Shown: positions 56,890 to 64,000 of the stretch, piece by piece
Position numbering within the stretch: position 1 is the stretch's first letter
Layout of the letters: every line of letters begins with the position of its first letter
Assembly: GCA_965220965.1 (NCBI GenBank)
Contig: OZ244852.1
Span: 896,001 to 960,000, forward strand
Length of the DNA stretch: 64,000 bases
Direction: 5' to 3'
From: Candidatus Marinacidobacterium sp.
GTDB lineage: Bacteria; Acidobacteriota; Vicinamibacteria; Marinacidobacterales; Marinacidobacteraceae
The notes under the pieces: model-generated
The model's database searches: none
Told to the model about the DNA's origin: nothing
The model's input: the letters and a program-made list of their open reading frames with translations, nothing else
Position numbers and translations under genes: made by a program

Positions 56890-58388
56890 CCGGGCGGCAG
56901 GGTGGCGAACAGACGGCGGGTGTCGACTTCCTGGCGCAGCCGGCGGAACTTGACGAAGAAGATCAGCGAGGCGACCCCCATCACCAGGAGCCAGATCCAG
57001 GTGGAGTGGAAGTACCAGGCGGGGACATCGGAGTTCAGGTCCCGGGCGGTATGGAGGATCAGGAAGAGGCCGAGGAAGGCGGCGCCCACCGCGCCGGTGA
57101 GCCGCCGGAGCCCGGGAGAGAGAAGCGTCATCGCTCCGGCGAGCTCGGGATTGCGCCGCGGCAGCCACAGGACCGAAAGGCACATCAGGCCGAAGTTCAC
57201 CAGCATCGAGGTCACCAGGATGTCGATGCCGAGGAAGAAGTCGCCCGCGAGATGGCTCCCCAGGATCCCGACGGTGGCCATGAGGCCGCTCGCCACGATG
57301 GCGACGGACGGCGTCCGGAAGCGGGGATGGACCGACGCCGCCCGCCGGGGGAAGACGCCGTCCTCGGCCCAGGCGAACATGAGCCGCGAGACCGCGAGCA
57401 GCATCGCCGGGAGATCGTTGATCAGCGCGACCGCCGCGCCCCCGAGAATGGCCGCGGTGGCCGCCGCCGGGAGCAGGTATCCGAGAAGGCCCGGCGCCGT
57501 CAGGTCCCGCACCTGCGCCTCGGCCTCCACGAATTGCCACGGGACCGCGTGGAACACCGCCGCGGTGAAGAGCAGATAGAAGCCGCCGACCGCCCCGACC
57601 GCGATGCCGATGGCGAGCGGGAGGTTCCGCCGGGGGTTTTTCGCCTCGCCCCCCGCCTGGGCGATGGAATCGAAGCCGATGAAGGTGGCGAACAGCAGGA
57701 CGGAGGCGGCGAGCAGCGGGACGAGCCGGAGCGGCGCGTCGGGCGCCGGGGGAACCGGGCGGCCTTCGGCGCTCAGCAGCGCGGCGGCGAAGTCGCCGTG
57801 ATCGAACGAGAAACCGGCCACGATGACGACGCCGCCCAGCACGAACATGAGCGCCATCATCGGCAACAGCGTGCGCTCGTAGAGCTTGAGCCCGCGGACA
57901 TTCACTCCGACGAACGTCCAGAGGAAGGCGAGCGCGATCCCCACCCGGGCCGGACCGGTCTCGAGGAGTTCCGCGAGGCCGGCGGCGCCCAGCGTCGAGG
58001 CGATGTCGCGGAGGAAGGGAACGATCAGATAGGAGACGACGCCGATCGCGATGGAGAGCCCGAACCACTGCGAGAAACTCGCGGCGAAACCCCAGTAGGG
58101 GCTCAGCGAGCGGCTGGCGTAGACGTAGCTGCCCCCGGCGCGCGGCATCGCCGAACCCAGGGTGGCGTAGGCCAGCGCGGCGAGAATTGCCGGGACCGCC
58201 GCCAGCAAGTACGCGCCCAGCACGTGCGGACCGATTCCGGGCACGCTGCGCGCCAGCGTGAACGGCATCACGTTGATCGCGGCGCCGAGCATCGAGCAGA
58301 TGCCGGTCGCCGCGAGGCCGGCGAGCCCCAGTCTGCGGGTCAGGCCCGAGGTTCGCTCAGCCTCGTTCTGCGAGGGGGGAGTCGTCAT
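56886..58388 (-). CDS. APC family amino acid permease
   Basis: SMLGAAI, AMPRAGGSYVY, FIGFDSIAQAGGEAKNP, SRLMFAWAEDG, HPRFRTP; about 12 TM helices. Confidence 0.92.
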   Translation of the reverse strand: MTTPPSQNEAERTSGLTRRLGLAGLAATGICSMLGAAINVMPFTLARSVPGIGPHVLGAYLLAAVPAILAALAYATLGSAMPRAGGSYVYASRSLSPYWGFAASFSQWFGLSIAIGVVSYLIVPFLRDIASTLGAAGLAELLETGPARVGIALAFLWTFVGVNVRGLKLYERTLLPMMALMFVLGGVVIVAGFSFDHGDFAAALLSAEGRPVPPAPDAPLRLVPLLAASVLLFATFIGFDSIAQAGGEAKNPRRNLPLAIGIAVGAVGGFYLLFTAAVFHAVPWQFVEAEAQVRDLTAPGLLGYLLPAAATAAILGGAAVALINDLPAMLLAVSRLMFAWAEDGVFPRRAASVHPRFRTPSVAIVASGLMATVGILGSHLAGDFFLGIDILVTSMLVNFGLMCLSVLWLPRRNPELAGAMTLLSPGLRRLTGAVGAAFLGLFLILHTARDLNSDVPAWYFHSTWIWLLVMGVASLIFFVKFRRLRQEVDTRRLFATLPPG

Positions 58389-58433
58389 CGGGGCTCGGGA
58401 AAGGGGTCCAGTGCGGACCTCCGGTTCTCCAGT

Positions 58434-58742
58434 TCAGCTCCCGGCGGCCCGGGCGAGCCGCCGCCCGAGGTGTTCCTCGACGGCCGAGCAGGGGACGAAC
58501 AGCGGTTTCGCCTCGAGTTCGATCCGGACCGAACAGCCGCCGTCGGCGGTCTCCACGACCTCATAGCTGCCAGCGAAGTCCCCGAGGGGCGTGGGCAGCG
58601 AGAACTCCCCGAAACCGGGCGCGCCCCCGTCGCTATGGGCCCCGCTGATCGTTCCCCCGAACCGCGCGAAGTCGTCCTGAAGGGCGGGGAGCAACCGGTC
58701 GGGACCGACCGGAAGCTGGAAGTCGAACTCGCAGGCGGCCAT
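58434..58742 (-). CDS. Hypothetical protein
   Basis: 102-aa ORF between M20 peptidase and permease with good codon pattern; KP.FVPCS motif. Confidence 0.6.
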   Translation of the reverse strand: MAACEFDFQLPVGPDRLLPALQDDFARFGGTISGAHSDGGAPGFGEFSLPTPLGDFAGSYEVVETADGGCSVRIELEAKPLFVPCSAVEEHLGRRLARAAGS

Positions 58743-58749
58743 GCAGGCT

Positions 58750-60084
58750 TCAGGGGGCCTGCGGCTCGAAGCCGGCCTCGGCGAGCACCAGGAGGATCGC
58801 CTTCTGGATGCCGAGATGGCCGTCCCGGTTCGCCCACCATTCGTGGAGCGAATGGGCCCCGAACCCCTCGCCGCCGCTGCCGATCGTGGTCGCGGGGATG
58901 CCGAGCGAGATCGCGACGTTCGAGTCGGTGGAGCCCATGCTGAGTTCGGGCTCCTCGCCCACCGCCCGGGTGGCGGCGAGCGCGCGCTGGATGAGCGGCG
59001 TATCGAGGGGGACGATCCCCGAGGGCCGGTTGCCGATCATCTCGATGTCCACGGTGAGTTCCTCGCCGTCCCGGCGAAGCTCGTTCTGCTCGGCGAGGGC
59101 GTCCCGCATCGCCGTCTGGAAGATGGCGTCGATCTCCTGGAGTCGGCCCGGCTCCATCGAGCGCATGTCGACTTCCATCCAGTTTTCGAAGGGGATGGAG
59201 TTGATCGAGGTGCCGCCGCCGATCCGGCCGATGTTGTAGGTGGTCTTCGCCCCGGAAGTCACATACTCCCCGGCGCGGTCGTCAAAGAGCTTGATGGCGC
59301 GGGCCATCGCGTGCGCCGGGTTTCCGAGGCCGAAGGCGCCCCACGAATGGCCGCCGGGGCCCAGGAAACGGACCCGGTAGCGGTGGGAGCCGATGGCGTG
59401 GTTCAGAACCCGGGTGTTGTCGGTGCCATCGATCGCGATGAAGGCGTGGATCTCCGGGCCGCCCTCGCGGAACAGGTGCTTCACGCCGCGGAGGTCGCCG
59501 ATGCCCTCCTCGCCGACCGACCCCACGAACAGGATGTCGTCGCGGGTCCCGAGCCCGCGCCGGTCGATGAGCTCCATTAGCGTCAGCATCGTGACGAGCC
59601 CGCGGGTGTCGTCGGCGATTCCTGGCGCCATGAGCTTGTCGCCCTCGCGTCGCACGGTCACATCGGTTCCCTTGGGGAACACCGTGTCCAGGTGGGCCAC
59701 GACCGCCACTGTGCGGTCGCCCTCCGAGCCGGCCACCCGGGCGAGGACGTTCCCGATGCCGTCCAGTTCGGCGTCGAGGCCGAGCCCACGGATCATGCCG
59801 AGATAGTGGGCGGCGCGCTCTTCCTCCATGAACGGAGGCGCCTCGATTTCGGTCAGCTCGATGAGGCGGCGCTCGTTCTCCTCCTCCATCGCCAGGACAT
59901 CGTCCATGGCGGCCGCGACCCGTGGATCGCTTCGGATCGCGTTCAGCTCCCCGGCGTACTCCGGGAGAACCTCGAACTCCTGCGCCGAAGCCGCTCCGAC
60001 GGCCAGGAGCAGGAGGGCCGGCAGGAGCCTGGCCCCCGAGGAAAGAAACGCAGGAGAACGGAACCCGGTGAGGCGGTGGTGCAT
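58750..60084 (-). CDS. M20/M25/M40 family metallo-hydrolase, exported
   Basis: AHLDTVFP, PGIADD, GEEG.GDLRG, GGHSW, GGGTSINSIP, STDSN, HSL.E. Confidence 0.9.
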   Translation of the reverse strand: MHHRLTGFRSPAFLSSGARLLPALLLLAVGAASAQEFEVLPEYAGELNAIRSDPRVAAAMDDVLAMEEENERRLIELTEIEAPPFMEEERAAHYLGMIRGLGLDAELDGIGNVLARVAGSEGDRTVAVVAHLDTVFPKGTDVTVRREGDKLMAPGIADDTRGLVTMLTLMELIDRRGLGTRDDILFVGSVGEEGIGDLRGVKHLFREGGPEIHAFIAIDGTDNTRVLNHAIGSHRYRVRFLGPGGHSWGAFGLGNPAHAMARAIKLFDDRAGEYVTSGAKTTYNIGRIGGGTSINSIPFENWMEVDMRSMEPGRLQEIDAIFQTAMRDALAEQNELRRDGEELTVDIEMIGNRPSGIVPLDTPLIQRALAATRAVGEEPELSMGSTDSNVAISLGIPATTIGSGGEGFGAHSLHEWWANRDGHLGIQKAILLVLAEAGFEPQAP

Positions 60085-60153
60085 CGGTGGGAAATGCTAC
60101 CCGAGGGGCCTGGCGGCGCCGCGGGGATCGCACCGCGGTACCCTCCGGCCCGG

Positions 60154-62277
60154 ATGCGGCGAGCGGTCTTGCCCGGTTTGCTCGGGGCGCTGCTCCTTCC
60201 CGGGGTCGTGGAGGCGCAGGCGCCCGAGGCCTCCGGCGATCCCACTGTGGTCCTGGGCTTCGACGGTCTGGACCCGGACACGGTCACGTCGATGATCGCG
60301 GACGGGGAGCTCCCGAACCTGGCCCGGATGGCCGCAGGCGGAACGCTCGCCCCCCTCGGGACCACGAGGCCTTCCGAGTCGCCGGTGGCCTGGGCCACCT
60401 TCGCCACCGGAATGAACCCGGGGCGGACCCGGATCTTCGATTTCCTGGAGAGGCGTCCCGGCGGATATGCGCCGCAGATCGCTCTCGTGCGACAGGACGT
60501 CTGGAGGCTCCCCGGACCGGTCTTCCGCGCGTTCCTGGCGCTGTTTCTGGCCGCGACGCTCGCCGCGCTCGCGGCGCGGTTGGTCAGACCCGCCTTCCGC
60601 CTGCGCGTCTTCGCCGTCGCGCTCGGCGTCGTGACCGGTGGCCTGTTGCCGGTGGCGATGCTGCTTCCCGAAACGGCGCCGCGAGCGCTCCGCGCCCGGC
60701 AGGGCGCCTCGTTCTGGGCCCTCGCCGGGTCCGCAGGCGTCCCCTCGGTCGCGCTGATGGCGCCCATGGAGTTTCCGGTCACCGAGTCGCCCGGCGCCCG
60801 GATTCTCGCCGGGTTCGGCACGCCCGACGTGAGGAAGTCGTTCGGGCTCTGGTCGGTCTACACGACCGATCTGCTCGAGGAGGAATCCACCGAGACCGGG
60901 GGCACGCGATATCCCATCCGCTTCGAAGCGGGGGAGGCCGTGAGCGTCGTGCGGGGACCGCGGGACTTCACCGAGGCGCCGCTCGAGCGCGACCAGCCGG
61001 AAGTGGAGATCCCGCTGACCTTCCGGCGGCTCGGGGACCGTCTCGGGATCGAGGTCGGCGAGGCGTCGCTCGATCTCGCGCCGGGAGACTGGTCCGACTT
61101 CGTCGAGGTCGAGTTTCCCCTGAATCCGCTCGTGCGGCTCCGCGGACTGACCCGGTTCCGGGTCGTCTCGCTGGAGCCGAACGTGACGGTCTACATGGAG
61201 CCGATCAACTTCGATCCGGAGCGGCTGCCTCCCATCGTCAACCTCTCCTGGCCGCGGGACTTCGCCGCGGAACTCGCGGAGCGCTCGGGCCCCTTCGAGA
61301 CCATCGGGTGGAAGATCGTCACGAACCCGCTGCGCGACGGCGAGCTGGACTTCGACGCGTTCCTGGAGGACGCCCGGTTCGCCCGCGAGACGAACGAACG
61401 GCTCCTGATGGACATGCTCGGGGCGGACGACTGGCGGCTGCTGGTTGCGGTGTTCCTGTTCCCGGACCGGATCCAGCACATGTTCTACCGGTTCGACGAC
61501 CACGATCACCCGAACCACGATGAGGAGCTGGCGCGCCACTACGGCGGAGAGATCGCCGAGGCGTACCGACAGGCCGACGAAATCGTGGGCAGGGCGGTCG
61601 CCGCCGCCCCGGCGAACGCCCGGTTCCTGATCGTCTCCGACCACGGGTTCCACTCGTTTCGCAAGCAGTTCAACGTGAACACCTGGCTCGCGGAGCACGG
61701 CTACCTGCGCCCTCCGGAGGACGCCGCGGAAGATCGTCGACTCGAGGACCTCTTCGACCCCGGCGCGTTGTTCTTTCCGGGCGTCGACTGGGGACGAAGC
61801 GAAGCGTTCGGCCTCGGCCTCTCCGGGATCTACTTCAATCAGCGGGGCAGGGAGCCCGAAGGCGTCGTCGCGCCCGGTCCGGAGCGGGAAGCGCTGGCGG
61901 AGCGACTGATCCGGGATCTGCTGGCGTTCCGGGATCCGGAGACCGGCGAGCCGGTCGTCCGCGCGGTCCACCGGCGGGAGGACATCTACCAGGGACCCTT
62001 CGTGGAGGAGGCGCCCGACCTGATCCTGGGCCTCGAGCCCGGTTACCGCATCGGATGGCAGAGCACGCTCGGCGGCTTTCCCGAGGCTTCGATCACGCCC
62101 AATCTGGACGACTGGAGCGGGGACCACTGCTCGATGGAGGACACCGACGGCGTCGTCATCTCCGACCTCGCGCTGTCCGACGGCGCCTCGCTACGGGACA
62201 TCGCGCCCACGGTCCTTGAACTGTTGGGGGTCGAGCCCCCGTCGGACATGGACGGCGTCAGCCTCCTCGAGCGCTAG
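60154..62277 (+). CDS. Alkaline phosphatase superfamily (NPP/phosphodiesterase-type) protein with inserted TM hairpin
   Basis: VLGFDGLD, PSESPVAWATFATG.NPG, PDRIQHMF, IVSDHGF, WSGDH, DIAPTVL. Confidence 0.88.
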   Translation: MRRAVLPGLLGALLLPGVVEAQAPEASGDPTVVLGFDGLDPDTVTSMIADGELPNLARMAAGGTLAPLGTTRPSESPVAWATFATGMNPGRTRIFDFLERRPGGYAPQIALVRQDVWRLPGPVFRAFLALFLAATLAALAARLVRPAFRLRVFAVALGVVTGGLLPVAMLLPETAPRALRARQGASFWALAGSAGVPSVALMAPMEFPVTESPGARILAGFGTPDVRKSFGLWSVYTTDLLEEESTETGGTRYPIRFEAGEAVSVVRGPRDFTEAPLERDQPEVEIPLTFRRLGDRLGIEVGEASLDLAPGDWSDFVEVEFPLNPLVRLRGLTRFRVVSLEPNVTVYMEPINFDPERLPPIVNLSWPRDFAAELAERSGPFETIGWKIVTNPLRDGELDFDAFLEDARFARETNERLLMDMLGADDWRLLVAVFLFPDRIQHMFYRFDDHDHPNHDEELARHYGGEIAEAYRQADEIVGRAVAAAPANARFLIVSDHGFHSFRKQFNVNTWLAEHGYLRPPEDAAEDRRLEDLFDPGALFFPGVDWGRSEAFGLGLSGIYFNQRGREPEGVVAPGPEREALAERLIRDLLAFRDPETGEPVVRAVHRREDIYQGPFVEEAPDLILGLEPGYRIGWQSTLGGFPEASITPNLDDWSGDHCSMEDTDGVVISDLALSDGASLRDIAPTVLELLGVEPPSDMDGVSLLER

Positions 62278-62286
62278 CAGTCCGCC

Positions 62287-64000
62287 TCAGGCCGGATCCC
62301 GGCGCAGGCCGCGGCGGACCCAGACGACCGCCGCGATCGCGATCGCCGCGACGACGACCGTCCCCGCGTTCAGCGCGCCCGAGGTCGGGAACCACAGGAT
62401 CGCGTAGCCGAGGGCGCCCGGGAGCAGGGCGTAGTAGACGAACGGGACGAGCGTGCGGCGGATGACCGCGCCTTCCCGGCCGATCAGGCCCACGACCGCG
62501 GAGGCCGCGACCACGTTGTGGACGCAGATCATGTTCCCGGCGGCCCCGCCGACCGCCTGCAGCGCGACGACCCACCCGGGATCGACGCCGAGCCGTTCGC
62601 CCACGCCGAACTGGAACAGCGAGAACATCATGTTGCTCACGGTGTTGCTGCCGGCGACGAAGGCGCCGAGTCCGCCGATGAAGGGGGCGAAGAAAGGCCA
62701 GGCCGAACCCGCCAGCGACGCCGCGCCCTCCGCGAGGGCGATCGGCATCGAGGCGAACCCGGCGGTTCCGTCGGCGGTGTTCAGGAACACCTGGACCATG
62801 GGAACCGTGAACACCAGTGCGACCGAGGCGAGTCCGGTGCTGCGCAGGGAATGGGAGACGGCCTGCCCGAACTGACGCGAACTCATCCGGTGGTAGGCGA
62901 ACGCGAACAGCGACGCGGCGATGAACACCGTTCCGGGAAGGAAGAGGGGGGAGGCGCTGGCGCTGATCCCGCTGCCGAGGATGTCGGACCAGCCGACCAC
63001 CACCCCGGAAAGCCAACTGCGCAGCGGCAAGGCGGGCAGGCGGGTCAGGACGAGGAGAACGCCGACCAGGGCGTAGGGAACCCAGGCGGCGACCGGCGAG
63101 ATCCGGTGGACCGGCTGGCCGTCGGTAGCGGTGGATTCGCGATCCGCGGTCCATTCGGCGCCCCAGGACGAGCGCGGCGGGAACTCGAACCGCTCCTCCG
63201 GAGGCGGAACGAAGAGGCCCCGGCGCGCAGCCGTCACGACGATCCCGAGCCCGACGAGGCCCCCGACAAGCGCTGGGAACTCGGGGCCCAGCAGCCACGC
63301 CACCAGCAGGTAGGGGATCGTCATCGAGACCGCGGCGAACAGCGCAAAGCGCCAGACGGCGAGCCCCTCCCGGAAGCTGCGCCGCTCCCCGAAGAACCGG
63401 GTCATGGTGGCGACCACGATGAGCGGCACGAGCGTGCCCGCGACGGTATGGAGAACGGCCACCCGGAGGCCGATGAACTGGAGGAACGCGGTCCAGTCGG
63501 CGTACCCGAGGCTGGCGGCGTAGGCGGTGACCGCGTCCGCGCCGGTCAGGCCGGAGCTGACGCCCACCAGGATCGGCGTCCCGGCGGCGCCGAAGGACAC
63601 CGGCGTGCTCTGGATCAGCATCCCGGCGACCACCGCCGCCAGCGGCGGAAATCCGAGACCCACGAGGAGCGGGACGCAGACCGCCGCGGGAGTCCCGAAA
63701 CCCGCCGATCCCTCGATGAACGCGCCGAAGAGCCAGGCGATGAGCAGCACCTGGATCCGCCGGTCCGGCGTGATCCCGATGAAGCCCTGCCGGATGACCG
63801 CCAGCGCCCCGCTCTCGCGCAGAGTGTGCAGGAGCAGAAGGGCGCCGAAGATGATGTAGAGCAGCGTCGCGGCGACCCAGAGGCCGTTGATCGAGGCGGC
63901 GGCGATGCGCGTCCCGGTGACGCCCCACACCGCCCACGCCAGCAGCGCGGCGGCGAGCCAGCTCAGCGGCATGGCCCGCGAGGCGGGCCACCGAAGTCCC
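62287..64000 (-). CDS. lctP: L-lactate permease (5' end beyond the window)
   Basis: [56 protein letters not shown]. Confidence 0.92.
   Translation of the reverse strand, partial: GLRWPASRAMPLSWLAAALLAWAVWGVTGTRIAAASINGLWVAATLLYIIFGALLLLHTLRESGALAVIRQGFIGITPDRRIQVLLIAWLFGAFIEGSAGFGTPAAVCVPLLVGLGFPPLAAVVAGMLIQSTPVSFGAAGTPILVGVSSGLTGADAVTAYAASLGYADWTAFLQFIGLRVAVLHTVAGTLVPLIVVATMTRFFGERRSFREGLAVWRFALFAAVSMTIPYLLVAWLLGPEFPALVGGLVGLGIVVTAARRGLFVPPPEERFEFPPRSSWGAEWTADRESTATDGQPVHRISPVAAWVPYALVGVLLVLTRLPALPLRSWLSGVVVGWSDILGSGISASASPLFLPGTVFIAASLFAFAYHRMSSRQFGQAVSHSLRSTGLASVALVFTVPMVQVFLNTADGTAGFASMPIALAEGAASLAGSAWPFFAPFIGGLGAFVAGSNTVSNMMFSLFQFGVGERLGVDPGWVVALQAVGGAAGNMICVHNVVAASAVVGLIGREGAVIRRTLVPFVYYALLPGALGYAILWFPTSGALNAGTVVVAAIAIAAVVWVRRGLRRDPA

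Overview
Very GC-rich, gene-dense chromosomal segment with about 57 CDS and one tRNA-Val(CAC). I see no integrase, transposase, prophage or CRISPR. Gene content (Acidobacterial-type VWA protein, SpoIVB/S55 peptidase plus beta-propeller pair, DUF5916, many exported peptidases and amidohydrolases) suggests an uncultured Acidobacteriota-like organism; this is inference only. Main blocks: (1) a form II CoxSLM-like molybdenum hydroxylase cluster with CoxD/E/XdhC followed by a PuuD-like membrane protein; (2) acyl-CoA dehydrogenase and a MeaB::methylmalonyl-CoA epimerase fusion; (3) pyk, CBS, ETF-QO and a swivel-first LeuD-LeuC-like fusion; (4) a split and partly inverted histidine operon whose HisZ is fused to a PLP fold-type IV enzyme; (5) an accessory region at 49.7-57 kb. 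Best candidates for new biology: a Fic gene bracketed by two ~105-bp AT-richer direct repeats, each made of three consecutive hairpins with covariation and G-T-preserving changes; the HisZ::aminotransferase-IV fusion; a CxxC/RAPP ribosome-arrest-type leader upstream of a MerC-like gene; and a highly structured orphan intergenic region at 39.82-40.06 kb. TAnnnT -10 boxes sit 6-10 nt before many start codons, suggesting widespread leaderless expression. All protein calls come from motif recognition by eye; no database searches were run.
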